From: a virus
Taxonomy: Duplodnaviria > Caudoviricetes
IMG/VR virus record: IMGVR_UViG_3300028887_000070
Location: 1 to 64,000 of that record
Reading direction: 5' to 3' (one strand)
Length of the DNA stretch: 64,000 nt
Shown here in pieces: positions 47,581 to 58,119 of this stretch. Position 1 is the stretch's first letter; each line of letters starts with the position of its first letter. Under the pieces are notes generated by a model. The model was not told the DNA's origin, did not search any database, and saw only the letters and a program-made list of their open reading frames with translations. The translations under genes and the position numbers were made by a program.

Positions 47581-49260
47581 ATGATACAATCAAACACCAC
47601 CCGCGACTACTACAACTTTCTTTACCCACAAAAGTATGGTGTAGTAGGAATCAACAATGACGAACAAGTTATATACGATCTGTTCAATCAGTACTTCGAA
47701 GTGCCACATTGGGTGGCTATCGATAACTGGATACCAACAGAAGATGACATAGTGTTCTATACAATCAAGAACGCTATAGTTATGCCTACGATCTCTGAGT
47801 TCTTTGGGATGAACCCAGCAGATCCAAACACTATTAACGTAAACTCCTTTATGGTAACGCCTAAGAGGTGTTACAACGGTGACGATCTGCGTCAGCATAT
47901 CTGTCACTATCTCAATTACTTCTGCAGGTTCTATGACCCTGATAAAGAACTTGCAGGCCACTATGTACGTATGAAACGTATGATCGACTTTGGTGTTACT
48001 ACACATGATGGTAAGACATATAAGTATACCAGAGACAACTTCATACTTGACATCCGTCGCTATATACTTGGATCTAGTATGTGTGCTAAGGTACTTAAGA
48101 TGAACGAAGATAACTACTCGCTCAAGCTTAACTACAAGAACAACACAAACCAGGCTCTTCAGTATAATGATACACACGGTAAGATCTTCATGGAGATATC
48201 TGTGTTTATGAACATACTTATCCCTCTCATTAGTCACTTCGTCTATAGGGAAAAGACGACTTCGACCCAGGAGATCGATGAGCTCTTTCAGACAATCTAT
48301 CAGTTCCTCTTTGATCGTTATATGAACACGGTAGATCTGAAAGCTAAGCTGTTTGAGACAGCCAACACTACAATCGCTAGAGACCAGAGAACAAACAAGG
48401 ACCTCTGGGATAAGAGTGAGATTAGAGGTATGGACATCTCTGTCAACTCTCTCGATGCTGTAGACACTCTTGTACTTCAGGTAATGCCTAAGTATAAGTA
48501 TAACCAGAACATGGTTATGTATAACTTCACCTCAATCAGAAATACTGCTATCCAGTATGCTGTTGGAATAGCGTATGAGTATGATTTGGTTCCACTCTCT
48601 TCCTCTAAGAGAGATGGTGAAGATTCCACTTCTCAGTTTGACAAGTTTGAGGCTACACTTGGTAAGGCTGATGAAGCTAAGTTCCTTCATAACACTGCAG
48701 TCGCCTATACTGTTATGAGAAACATTGAAAGTCACTATGGTCCTTTCACACAGGATCAGTTGAACTTCTATAAGATAGAACTCGGAAGAGGAGCTAAACC
48801 CGTCATCAACGCTTTCCAGTATAAGCTCATAACAAACTTCTTCGGTAAGCTGTTTGGTTCTGTTCTTCCTATGAAGACTATCAACCTCGATGAGTATATT
48901 GAACTTATGATATCCGCCAAGAAGATACTGATCAGTCAGAACTTCTGTATTCTTCCAGAAATCATTGCGGGAAGAGTAGTTAAGCTCTCGACTAGAACAG
49001 TTCTCAGTAAGAAGCATGAAGATATGCTTACAAGTAGTGAGCATTGGGCTCAGATAAGACACAAGTATATGGACAATCCAGTGATACTTGCTCGTATCAA
49101 AGCTGACTTTGCTGCTATAATATCTTCAGACTTCCAACTCATTCACTATGACCAAGAAACAAGAAAAGGCGATCAGTTCAACGGATTGCCAATCATTATC
49201 AACTCTGCTATAACATACAGTATTGTAGAAGAGTTCTTACTGTTTGAACTTATGACATAA
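47581..49260 (+). CDS. Probable sigma-like promoter-specificity subunit of the non-virion RNA polymerase (AR9 gp226/PhiKZ gp68 type)
   Basis: Helical ~560 aa protein under an early promoter, two genes from the chaperonin as in AR9 (gp228/gp226); inference from synteny. Confidence 0.45.
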   Translation: MIQSNTTRDYYNFLYPQKYGVVGINNDEQVIYDLFNQYFEVPHWVAIDNWIPTEDDIVFYTIKNAIVMPTISEFFGMNPADPNTINVNSFMVTPKRCYNGDDLRQHICHYLNYFCRFYDPDKELAGHYVRMKRMIDFGVTTHDGKTYKYTRDNFILDIRRYILGSSMCAKVLKMNEDNYSLKLNYKNNTNQALQYNDTHGKIFMEISVFMNILIPLISHFVYREKTTSTQEIDELFQTIYQFLFDRYMNTVDLKAKLFETANTTIARDQRTNKDLWDKSEIRGMDISVNSLDAVDTLVLQVMPKYKYNQNMVMYNFTSIRNTAIQYAVGIAYEYDLVPLSSSKRDGEDSTSQFDKFEATLGKADEAKFLHNTAVAYTVMRNIESHYGPFTQDQLNFYKIELGRGAKPVINAFQYKLITNFFGKLFGSVLPMKTINLDEYIELMISAKKILISQNFCILPEIIAGRVVKLSTRTVLSKKHEDMLTSSEHWAQIRHKYMDNPVILARIKADFAAIISSDFQLIHYDQETRKGDQFNGLPIIINSAITYSIVEEFLLFELMT

Positions 49261-49319
49261 GTAAATCATGGACAGAGAGATCTTCTCTCTGTCCTTTATT
49301 GCATAAAGGAGGGCTCAGA

Positions 49320-50603
49320 ATGAGACCAAAGATAGGACAGGTCGTCCTTATTGACCCAGAAGACAAGCTTGAGCTAAGAGATAAAGAGTCTACTGTAGGA
49401 ACGGTTCTCAAAGTAGATCGTAACCAAAGTACTCTGCTAGTTCAAGTGAACCCAGAAAAGAAGATAGTCGTTCCGAATAAGTATCTATATAAGATAGAGA
49501 TGGACGAGAAAACACCTCCATACGTTATAGTAGAGAGATCTCTTCCAAGAGTAAGATTCACAGAGAACGATCTATCTAAGCTTGAGACTGTAGCTAGTCT
49601 TATAGACGCTATGGCTCAAAGACTCGATCACTACATCATTTCAGACAGTGCTAGATTCGAGATGCTTGATGTGTGCTCATTCGCTAAGAGTAATCTACTC
49701 TATATGATGAGCAAGATTAAGAGACTTGTAGCTGGAGAAATGGAGACGGAAGCGAGAGACTCTTTCATTAACAGATTCCACAAGTATGCTGACGACGATG
49801 AAGATCCGAGAGACATCAAAGACGACACGCCAACTCCAGTCATGCCAGATGAGAAGTCCAAAGAACTTGCAATGAAAGTCATTGAGAATATAATGAAGGC
49901 TGGTATTGGCGATGACATTGGCACCTTTGATGAACATACTCTACTCAATGCAGAGATTCTGAAGTGGTATGAGAAAGGAACAAGTGGAGACAAGCTCTAT
50001 GACAAGGTGGCTACTAAACAGTTCATGGCTAAGACCATGGAGACTGCTACAGATCTCTTCAACAAGAATGCTACAATAGAACAGCTATTCGGTGTTAGAT
50101 GTGAGAATCTTGTTGGATCAGAGCACAACATGAGGAGCCTGATATCATCTATGGAGATCATGTTTAAGAGTAGCACTGAAGATCTCATCAACATACCTAT
50201 TCTCATTGTAATGGATCCTACATGTCTTATAGAACTTCTTATCAAGAGACATCCAGACAAGTTCATTACATACCAAGACATCATAGATGCTATCAAAGAA
50301 GCTGGTTCAGTCAAAGCACTTCTAGCTAAAGAGAATCTCGACCTTCCTCATGTAGTAAAGTCTATCGTTGTACCAATCTTCCCGTTTGATGAAGAGCTTA
50401 CACCGACTAAGATTATGAACGAATTCAAAGATATCATCACAAGTATATGTGTAGAGATATCTGAACACACCGATATTGAACTGCTTGATGACGATGAGAT
50501 ACAAGATGTAGGTTTGGATGACACGTTCGTACTACATCTTCCTGTAACACTCACAAGCATGTCAGTTAAACCATTCGAAGAAGGAGGAAACCACAATGGA
50601 TGA
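49320..50603 (+). CDS. Hypothetical protein with N-terminal SH3/KOW-like segment
   Basis: SD AAAGGAGG. Confidence 0.7.
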   Translation: MRPKIGQVVLIDPEDKLELRDKESTVGTVLKVDRNQSTLLVQVNPEKKIVVPNKYLYKIEMDEKTPPYVIVERSLPRVRFTENDLSKLETVASLIDAMAQRLDHYIISDSARFEMLDVCSFAKSNLLYMMSKIKRLVAGEMETEARDSFINRFHKYADDDEDPRDIKDDTPTPVMPDEKSKELAMKVIENIMKAGIGDDIGTFDEHTLLNAEILKWYEKGTSGDKLYDKVATKQFMAKTMETATDLFNKNATIEQLFGVRCENLVGSEHNMRSLISSMEIMFKSSTEDLINIPILIVMDPTCLIELLIKRHPDKFITYQDIIDAIKEAGSVKALLAKENLDLPHVVKSIVVPIFPFDEELTPTKIMNEFKDIITSICVEISEHTDIELLDDDEIQDVGLDDTFVLHLPVTLTSMSVKPFEEGGNHNG

Positions 50604-50835
50604 GTTAGCAAAAAGAATCTACGAGAATCAAGAGGAGTACAACAAACTCTTCATTGAGCTCGCAAACACTTTTAAGAACGAAACAAACAAGAGTGTGATG
50701 TTCACATCCACTCGTTCTAGCGAGATAGACAATCTTCTCAAGAGTATCAATGAGGTTCGCAGCAATCTTGAAGTACTTAAGGGAGTAGAAGCTTATCTTG
50801 CTGCAGAAGAGAAGAAGGTATACAATCATGGATGA
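50596..50835 (+). CDS. Small coiled-coil protein
   Basis: SD AAGGAGG; overlapping operon. Confidence 0.65.
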   Translation: MDELAKRIYENQEEYNKLFIELANTFKNETNKSVMFTSTRSSEIDNLLKSINEVRSNLEVLKGVEAYLAAEEKKVYNHG

Positions 50836-51085
50836 TATCGAAAAGGAAATCCAAGATGGCTTTCTAAGAGACAAACTTCGTAAGGCCCGCAAAGCTAAGG
50901 GTCTTACTCAACAAGAAGCTGCAGCATTAGCTGGTATCTCAGCATCTACAGTCTCTTGTATAGAGTCTAGTAACGGAGATTATATGTCATCTAGCCTACT
51001 CAAGTATGCGGATGCACTTGGCTATGAAGTATCTATCCACAAGAAGGGTGGACCTATCGTAGATACAGAAGAACCAGAAGAGTAA
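50828..51085 (+). CDS. XRE-family helix-turn-helix regulator
   Basis: LRKARKAKGLTQQEAAALAGISASTVSCIES...YADALG. Confidence 0.85.
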   Translation: MDDIEKEIQDGFLRDKLRKARKAKGLTQQEAAALAGISASTVSCIESSNGDYMSSSLLKYADALGYEVSIHKKGGPIVDTEEPEE

Positions 51086-51144
51086 CGATACAATAATCGG
51101 AGGAGTCTATCTCCTCCGATCCTTATTTTTAGAGAGGTGATCAT

Positions 51145-51369
51145 ATGAGACGTATCTTAGTACCAGGAAACAAAGCTAACAGCAAACTTAAGAAGTTTAA
51201 ATGCGATATCTGTGGCTGTGAATGGCTTTCAGATGAGTACAAAGAAGATTGGACAATACATTCTATACCTGCATATGACGAATGTCCTACATGCAATAGC
51301 GAAATATTTGCTATAGGAACTTTCGTTGATGGTAAAAAGCACTCTCATGTTCGTAACAAAAAGAGGTGA
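51145..51369 (+). CDS. Small Zn-ribbon protein
   Basis: FKCDICGC...CPTC. Confidence 0.7.
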   Translation: MRRILVPGNKANSKLKKFKCDICGCEWLSDEYKEDWTIHSIPAYDECPTCNSEIFAIGTFVDGKKHSHVRNKKR

Positions 51370-52424
51370 GTCAATTGACCAAAGAAGAACTCAAGGAATG
51401 GCTTCTTTACAATATGGAAGACGCTAAGCTTGCCTCTGGAGGTAAGCAGATAGTATGTAGATGTCACAACTGTGATGATCATAGTAGACATCTCTATATA
51501 GGACCGTTCGATGATTCAGATAAACCTATTCAGTATCAATGCAAAAGATGTCCTAGGCCATTCTATGGAGTGGTCAATAAGGACTTTCTTGAAAGATACA
51601 GGACAGCAACAGCAGTACCAGAGGATGTTAATGAAGCAAACAAAGGTACTAGTAAGCATAAGAAGACGATCAATGGTGTTTCTAACAAAATCTATACTGT
51701 GAATAGGAACTTCGTTACAGATGCTCCACTCTCACAACAGAAACTAGCACATATCAATCAAAGGTTAGGGTTATCTCTAACCTATCAAGACTGTGTCGAT
51801 AACAAGATTATCTTAAATCTAGGGGATCTCTATAGAGGAAACCCATGGATTAAGAGCTTCACTCGTCATGAAAATATCGTGCAGCAACTTGATAAGTACT
51901 TCATAGGCTTTCTATCACGTTCAAATGCGTCTCTTAACATGAGAAACCTTGTGTATGAGAGAGGAATAGTGTATGAAGGCATCGATAAGAAGTACGTAAA
52001 CTACAATCTCTTCAATGAAGGAGTTGAAAATGACTACTACATACTTCCTGTGTCAATCGATCCTCTTCAGCCGATAGGACTTCATATCGCAGAAGGTCCA
52101 TTTGACGTCTTAGGAATCAAGTATAATGTGGTCGGACCTCAGGTTCCTAATCAGATTTACATTGCTGGTAAGGGTAAAGCATATGATAAGATAGTAGAGT
52201 TCATCATAACAAGGTATGGATTCATGAATCTTACTCTAAACTTCTATCCAGACAAGGATGTAAACGACTACGAAATGAGTAGAGTAGTGAATATCTTCAA
52301 GCCATTTGGCTTTGAACAGTTCATATACCGCAACACCTATCAAGGAGAGAAAGACTTTGGAGTTCCTAGAGACAGAATCATCTGCTCTAAGTTCACTCCA
52401 GGTCTAGGAAGAAGCAGCTTCTAA
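51366..52424 (+). CDS. DNA primase (Zn-binding plus TOPRIM)
   Basis: CHNC...CKRC Zn domain; TOPRIM IAEGPFD and YPDKD. Confidence 0.75.
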   Translation: MSQLTKEELKEWLLYNMEDAKLASGGKQIVCRCHNCDDHSRHLYIGPFDDSDKPIQYQCKRCPRPFYGVVNKDFLERYRTATAVPEDVNEANKGTSKHKKTINGVSNKIYTVNRNFVTDAPLSQQKLAHINQRLGLSLTYQDCVDNKIILNLGDLYRGNPWIKSFTRHENIVQQLDKYFIGFLSRSNASLNMRNLVYERGIVYEGIDKKYVNYNLFNEGVENDYYILPVSIDPLQPIGLHIAEGPFDVLGIKYNVVGPQVPNQIYIAGKGKAYDKIVEFIITRYGFMNLTLNFYPDKDVNDYEMSRVVNIFKPFGFEQFIYRNTYQGEKDFGVPRDRIICSKFTPGLGRSSF

Positions 52425-52474
52425 CGCTGTTTCTTTTTTACACGTATTACATCACTATAAATGGAGGGATAACA

Positions 52475-52897
52475 ATGCCACTGTATAACAAGTATCGACA
52501 GGTCGTAGACTTGAACGAGTTGAAAGAACCTCTTATGACTATCAACCAGTTCCAAAGACCTATAGAACTAGAAGGAACAGATGCACAGATTATGCTCATC
52601 GTCAGATTGATCTTATTGGATCCTGGCACTATACAGACACATCCTGATATGGGGGTAGGACTCGTCTCTTTGTATAGATACACTGTAGATGTAGACCTTG
52701 ACAAACTCAGAAACAGGATACAGACTCAGATATCTAAGTACTTACCAATGTTCACTACGGTACAAGTAAGAGTAGATCTAAATGTAAATGAGCATACACT
52801 CTATATTTACATTGATTCGGATCAACTCAATGCTCTCGTACCGTTTGATACAGAGAACTTGACAGTTATCCAAGGACTCGACAATATGAAAGTATAA
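52475..52897 (+). CDS. Baseplate wedge protein, gp25-like
   Basis: LILLDPGTIQTHPDMGVGL matches the gp25 GxR..xPdFG pattern; small size. Confidence 0.65.
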   Translation: MPLYNKYRQVVDLNELKEPLMTINQFQRPIELEGTDAQIMLIVRLILLDPGTIQTHPDMGVGLVSLYRYTVDVDLDKLRNRIQTQISKYLPMFTTVQVRVDLNVNEHTLYIYIDSDQLNALVPFDTENLTVIQGLDNMKV

Positions 52898-52917
52898 CGA
52901 ATAGGGAGGACACTACC

Positions 52918-54861
52918 ATGCCAGACGAGAACAAGAATGTTACACTTGACGATCTCTCTAATGGTGCTAAGCATACGGCAGCTATACCACCCCCGTTGCC
53001 TAGATTTGACGCTAAGAGTGTTAGAGACGTCAACATCGCAGAGGTAGCTCAGAAAGCTCCAGAGCCAGAACAAGTAGATATGGTTCCTGGAGTTATCAAA
53101 AGTGCTATCAGTCAGATTCCAGCAACAATAGAGAGACTCAATAATGAGTCTCTTGCTATAGTACAAAAAGGAAAGGAAGAGAGAATAGAGAAGATGCTCG
53201 ACTCAGATGACGATATCGATGAAGTTGAGATGCCTACTAACTCTTCTAGACCAGTACAATCACAGTCGAATACTATAAGACAGTCATTCGATGATGATGG
53301 TATAGATTTCGATGACGACATCGAAGATGATGACGAAGTCGATTTCCCTATATCAAAGAAAACTAAAGTAGAAAGGAAAGTAAACACCATGGAGAATAAT
53401 AACAACACCCCTCAGACAGAACTTGATAAGAAGATTCATGCTATCGCAGAGTCAGCAGCAGAGACTCCTGAGAAGGTAGAGTTCCCTGAACCTACTGATA
53501 CAGATAAGGAGAAGCTTGCTGAGAAGGCTAAGGAAGCATACGAGGCTGTAACAGGCGAAGTAGTAGACGAAGCCAAAGTAGAGGAGAACGTCGAGATTAC
53601 TGCTGAAGCTCCAGAAGAGGAAGCTATACCTGTTTTACCTCGTATTCCTTCATCTTCAGAAACTAACTTCGGTACTGCTACATTTGCTATGTCAGACGAT
53701 GACCTTGCTCTTCTCGATGACGAAGATATGATCGTTGAAAAGGCTGATAAGGCTAAAGAAGTAAGCGAGGCTGAAGAGAAGGAGAAGCGTAATGAGCTCA
53801 GAAATTCGATCAGAACTTCTGTTAAGGAAAACTTCAAGCCTATCGAAAACAAGCTCAATCTTTCTGAGTTCGAGATACAGAAGAAGCCTATCTCTGCTTC
53901 TAAGGTACTCAACCACATCAAGGAGACTCCTGTAAGAACAGCTACTACACCTCTCTTCTCTACTTCGAAGAAGGTAGTTGAGGTGTCTGAGTTCACTGCT
54001 ACAGAAGTACAGAAGCTTAATCCTTCTCTCATCAACCAGAACAACTTCTATACTACACTCAGAGATCGTTATCAGCTTCTCTACAATCACATTGTTGATC
54101 CTAATAAGCCTGCTACATTTGAAGCTTGGCTGAAGACAGTTCCCGAAGATGCAATCGACGATTACTTCTTCGCTGCTTATAAGGCTACATTCGGAGCTGC
54201 AAACATTCTGACATATGAGTGCCCTAAGGAAGAGTGCGGTAATGTATTCCTTAAGGAAGTACCTGTAATGTCTATGATCAAGTATAAGAATGAAGCTATC
54301 AAGACTGAGTATCTTGATCTTCTTCACAACGGCAAGCTCAATGTATCTAAGGATACTTATACAGCTGGTCTCTTCCAGGCTAGTGATGAGTATGTATTCG
54401 CTCTTAAGACTCCTACACTCTATGAGAGAGTATTTGAGCCTACACTTCTCGACTCTAAGATACTCGAGACATATGGCGATCTCATTACACTCATTACTTA
54501 TATCGACGGCATCTTCGTAATCGATGAAGCTAACAAAAAACTCATCCCTGTTGATATGCAGCCTATTCATACAGATCCTCGTAAGACTGTAAGAAGACGT
54601 ATCAAGACATGTGCTTCTATCATCAGAACTCTTACATCAGACCAGCTTCAGACACTTACTGTTGAGACAGATAAGTACGACAAGCCCGATTCAAAGAGAA
54701 ACATCAACAACGATGATGATGAAGATACAACACCCGAGATTCAGTACATCTATCCTGAGTGTGAGTGCCCTAAGTGCAAGAGCAAGATCAATGAAGCTGT
54801 AGCTAATCCTGTCGATATGCTTTTTACACGTCATCAGCTGGGAGTTTATCAGCGGATATAA
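52918..54861 (+). CDS. Baseplate hub/tail assembly chaperone-like protein (T4 gp26/gp51-like C-terminal half, acidic N-terminal extension)
   Basis: Two CPxxC-type motifs; D.YFFA.YKATFG; follows gp25-like gene. Confidence 0.55.
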   Translation: MPDENKNVTLDDLSNGAKHTAAIPPPLPRFDAKSVRDVNIAEVAQKAPEPEQVDMVPGVIKSAISQIPATIERLNNESLAIVQKGKEERIEKMLDSDDDIDEVEMPTNSSRPVQSQSNTIRQSFDDDGIDFDDDIEDDDEVDFPISKKTKVERKVNTMENNNNTPQTELDKKIHAIAESAAETPEKVEFPEPTDTDKEKLAEKAKEAYEAVTGEVVDEAKVEENVEITAEAPEEEAIPVLPRIPSSSETNFGTATFAMSDDDLALLDDEDMIVEKADKAKEVSEAEEKEKRNELRNSIRTSVKENFKPIENKLNLSEFEIQKKPISASKVLNHIKETPVRTATTPLFSTSKKVVEVSEFTATEVQKLNPSLINQNNFYTTLRDRYQLLYNHIVDPNKPATFEAWLKTVPEDAIDDYFFAAYKATFGAANILTYECPKEECGNVFLKEVPVMSMIKYKNEAIKTEYLDLLHNGKLNVSKDTYTAGLFQASDEYVFALKTPTLYERVFEPTLLDSKILETYGDLITLITYIDGIFVIDEANKKLIPVDMQPIHTDPRKTVRRRIKTCASIIRTLTSDQLQTLTVETDKYDKPDSKRNINNDDDEDTTPEIQYIYPECECPKCKSKINEAVANPVDMLFTRHQLGVYQRI

Positions 54862-55058
54862 GACGAGCTGAACGTCTTTGCAGTAACGTATACAAGGGGA
54901 GAGTGTCGTTCATGGAACTTATGACGATGCCTCCCGCTTGGTTTAACTGTCTTTACATGATCGCTATGGAAAAGCAAGAGCAGCATGCTAAAGAATTGGC
55001 TGAGCAAGCCCAAGCTGATGCAATAGAAGAAGCAATAGAGGAAGGAGGAGCTATGTAG
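54825..55058 (+). CDS. -1 frame extension of the preceding gene (probable programmed frameshift product)
   Basis: Open -1 frame 54807-55058 with no clear upstream start; CTTTTT at 54820-54825; encodes YKGRVSFMELMTMP. Confidence 0.55.
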   Translation, partial: YTSSAGSLSADIRRAERLCSNVYKGRVSFMELMTMPPAWFNCLYMIAMEKQEQHAKELAEQAQADAIEEAIEEGGAM

Positions 55059-55397
55059 ATGCATATGGACATCTTAAGTCACTCTAAGAAAACTGCTTTG
55101 GATAACAAAGTCGACGTTGCGTACTATATCATCAACTATATCGACCACGAGCTGATTACTTTTAATCTCATCAATCGTCTTGATAGAGAGTGTATAGATA
55201 CTAAGATAGATACAGCTGGTATCATTACTGTCACTTTCAAGACTAACTCTACAGAAGACTACGAGTCCTTTAAGTCAGAGCTCTCTTCTCTGATTGAGAG
55301 TAATCCTACAGTAGAAGTATCGGGCAGTTTCTACAACCTAGCCTTGACAAACATCGATAATGAAGTAGGAGTGACTATCTCCCCCTATACTACATGA
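55059..55397 (+). CDS. Hypothetical protein
   Basis: SD AAGGAGG; abuts the extension stop codon. Confidence 0.7.
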   Translation: MHMDILSHSKKTALDNKVDVAYYIINYIDHELITFNLINRLDRECIDTKIDTAGIITVTFKTNSTEDYESFKSELSSLIESNPTVEVSGSFYNLALTNIDNEVGVTISPYTT

Positions 55398-55449
55398 TCG
55401 TTCATATAGAGGTCCAGTGGAGTAAAATCCACTGGATAACCTTTGCTGA

Positions 55450-55461
55450 AACATCTATATA
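55450..55461 (+). promoter_or_regulatory. Late promoter
   Basis: AACA-TCTATA-TA. Confidence 0.7.
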
Positions 55462-55482
55462 ATTACGAAAGGAGGAATCTGA

Positions 55483-56688
55483 ATGGGTAAGTTCATTAAC
55501 AAGTCCTATGTCAATACTATAGACGCCCTGCAACAGGGTCAGGTCAATAGAGTCAAGAACGCCAACTATCTCTTCAATGATAAGAAGCCAGTCGTATCAG
55601 ACTGGTATAATATGAACTCTACTGGTACTACGTTCGATGAAGGTACTAGAGCAGAGTATGCTAGTCTTAGTCATGCATCTCCTATAAGATACAACAAGAT
55701 CACTGGAGCAGTCTTCTATTCTAGCGGTATCAAGCTTGCTATGGATGTAGACTTCAACGAAGAAGGTCTCGGTCTTGCTTCTCAGCCTGCTATCTCTGGT
55801 GTAGTACTTCCTAATACATGGATTCCATATGCTGGAGATTATTTCTCCATTCAACACGCTGGAAAGGAGTGGTTGTACAAGGTCACTGCTACATCGTTTG
55901 ATACTATAGACAATGGTAACAACGTCTATAGCTTTGAGGCTATGCTGGACAACTATGGTATAGACGAGATTGAACAGCAGGTAGTAGATAGATTCAAGTT
56001 CGTGGTGAACAATATCGGTACTAACTTCTCTGCTGTCATTAGAGAGGACTCATACAATGCTATAGAGACTCTCGACAATCTTCTTGCTCAAATCAAGACA
56101 TACTTCGTAGCTATGTTCTTCAAGGAGTCTCTTCAGACCTTTGTATATCCTGGATCTTACGGAGAAGTCTATGATCCTTACATGATAGAGTTTCTTATGA
56201 GGCATTCTATCCTTACTGGATCGGATCCATACATCTATGTATCTCAGGCTATACAAGTACCTCAGACTCTTGTGCTTGACTACGACAAGACTTTCTTCAA
56301 AGCTCTTGAGACTAAGACTGTAGATCACTTCTGTAATCGTCCTGCTAATATCAATATCATCGAAGACATCTATAGTCTCTTCCATACTACTCTTGAGAAG
56401 TATTTCAAGGTAGACTATGCTGAGCCTATCTTCCAAGGTGGTTATGCTGTACTTGATCCAGTGATGATATCAGATGCTAAGGAAGGTATTGAGCGACAGA
56501 ATGACGATCCCAAGGCACTCAACAATATCATCACTCGCTACTTCCAAGACAAACCTCTTGACTCATCAATCGTTGAGATTTTCGATAACATAGACTACAA
56601 GCCTACACCGTACTTATTCTACGGTCTTCCGATGGCTCTGTTCTGTATCGAATCCCAGATACGTAATTTGATGAGTTCAACATCTTAG
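55483..56688 (+). CDS. Probable virion structural protein (possibly neck/connector)
   Basis: Late promoter; PYAGDYF...LYKVT pattern. Confidence 0.45.
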   Translation: MGKFINKSYVNTIDALQQGQVNRVKNANYLFNDKKPVVSDWYNMNSTGTTFDEGTRAEYASLSHASPIRYNKITGAVFYSSGIKLAMDVDFNEEGLGLASQPAISGVVLPNTWIPYAGDYFSIQHAGKEWLYKVTATSFDTIDNGNNVYSFEAMLDNYGIDEIEQQVVDRFKFVVNNIGTNFSAVIREDSYNAIETLDNLLAQIKTYFVAMFFKESLQTFVYPGSYGEVYDPYMIEFLMRHSILTGSDPYIYVSQAIQVPQTLVLDYDKTFFKALETKTVDHFCNRPANINIIEDIYSLFHTTLEKYFKVDYAEPIFQGGYAVLDPVMISDAKEGIERQNDDPKALNNIITRYFQDKPLDSSIVEIFDNIDYKPTPYLFYGLPMALFCIESQIRNLMSSTS

Positions 56689-56690
56689 TA
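56679..56690 (+). promoter_or_regulatory. Late promoter
   Basis: AACA-TCTTAG-TA. Confidence 0.7.
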
Positions 56691-56718
56691 ACTAAATCCT
56701 ACCTAAGGAGGGAATATA

Positions 56719-57138
56719 ATGGCTGAAGTATTAACAGTAGACGACCTTCTGATTGAAGCATGTGAAGAAGATGCTGAGATAGAAGAGGGCTACTTCTCAG
56801 AGAGTCTTAAGTTCATTCTCGATAGAGATATAGACGAAGACATCAACGATAACATGAACTCTATCTTCAGTGGTGAAGGACTTTCACTTGATGAGACTAT
56901 CATCAACCTTGTTGACCGTCTTGAAACAGAAGTGAATGATTCTGAATCTGGAGAAGCTAAACTCTACATAGCACCTGAAGAGATACATGACCCAATCGAA
57001 AGTGAACTTCCTGGAAGGTTCTCTTCAACCCTTTACGATTGGGTGGATGAAGACAATCCCGACCATGAGAAATCATGGTACGGAAATGATTCTGGCGAAT
57101 ACAACACTGGATATGACTCCATATTCGGTGATAACTAA
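56719..57138 (+). CDS. Acidic late protein, possibly internal head/scaffold
   Basis: Late promoter; very acidic. Confidence 0.65.
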   Translation: MAEVLTVDDLLIEACEEDAEIEEGYFSESLKFILDRDIDEDINDNMNSIFSGEGLSLDETIINLVDRLETEVNDSESGEAKLYIAPEEIHDPIESELPGRFSSTLYDWVDEDNPDHEKSWYGNDSGEYNTGYDSIFGDN

Positions 57139-57151
57139 GGAGGTACTAACA

Positions 57152-57526
57152 ATGGACGAATACATCAGAGACGTTATCGACAGTAAGCGTATGCTTGTTG
57201 TTGAGAGAGCTGTAGACGAAGACCTTCAGGCTGAGAAGGATCTCAGTATTGAAGTCAATACAGTTGTAGGAAAGTTCGTCGATGGTTTCATCTCTCAGGA
57301 AGAGATCGATGGTTGCCAGCTCTGCGAAGAGGAGCTTAATGGTACACTCGATGATCTTATAGATGATGCCGAAGCAGACGAGATTACATTATATGAGCCT
57401 GATACATTCTCCGACGATGACGGAGAACTTTCAGATATCAATGCTATACTTGACTCAGATATAGATCCCGAACTTCTTGAGCTGGACGATGATGAGTCTA
57501 TGTATTGTGAACCTAATGTAGACTAA
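57152..57526 (+). CDS. Acidic late protein
   Basis: SD AAGGAGG before ATG 57152. Confidence 0.65.
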   Translation: MDEYIRDVIDSKRMLVVERAVDEDLQAEKDLSIEVNTVVGKFVDGFISQEEIDGCQLCEEELNGTLDDLIDDAEADEITLYEPDTFSDDDGELSDINAILDSDIDPELLELDDDESMYCEPNVD

Positions 57527-57540
57527 GGGAGGTACTTACT

Positions 57541-58098
57541 ATGAACATCGTAAGAAAAAAGTGTATGCTCATTACACCTTGTAACGTAACATTCAAGATC
57601 TCAAGTGGTAAAGAGCTTAAGCCTAACACAAAGAGCATCGAGTTCGTATGGACTAAAGAGATACTCATCGCTATGAATAGTGGTATCAGAGTATTTGAGA
57701 TTGGTTCAGACGGCAAGCAGGTTCAGCTTGATAAGAGCAACTTCGACAAAATCAACGTTCTCATGGACTATCCTTCAGAGGAAAAGATAGAAGAGAAAAA
57801 AGAAGAGACTGTTGAAGAGGAAGCTCCAAAGGTTGAAGAGTCTGTAGCTGCTCCTACTCCTGTTGAAGCTCCAGTAGAGGAGCCTAAGGAAGAGCCTACT
57901 CCTGAAGAGACAGTAGATCCTGCAGAGGAGGAATCACCTTCTGAAGAAGATTACGAACCCGAAGATGAGACTACTGAAGAAGAGATCGACATGACACCTC
58001 AGGAAGATCCTGAAGCTAAGTACTATCAGAATGACTCTGAGGATGATTGTGACGAAGAGAAGCAAGACAACGAAGACGACGAGTTCAACGTTGACTGA
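57541..58098 (+). CDS. Glu/Pro-rich acidic protein
   Basis: SD GGGAGG. Confidence 0.65.
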   Translation: MNIVRKKCMLITPCNVTFKISSGKELKPNTKSIEFVWTKEILIAMNSGIRVFEIGSDGKQVQLDKSNFDKINVLMDYPSEEKIEEKKEETVEEEAPKVEESVAAPTPVEAPVEEPKEEPTPEETVDPAEEESPSEEDYEPEDETTEEEIDMTPQEDPEAKYYQNDSEDDCDEEKQDNEDDEFNVD

Positions 58099-58119
58099 TA
58101 AGAAACAATGCGTTTCTCG

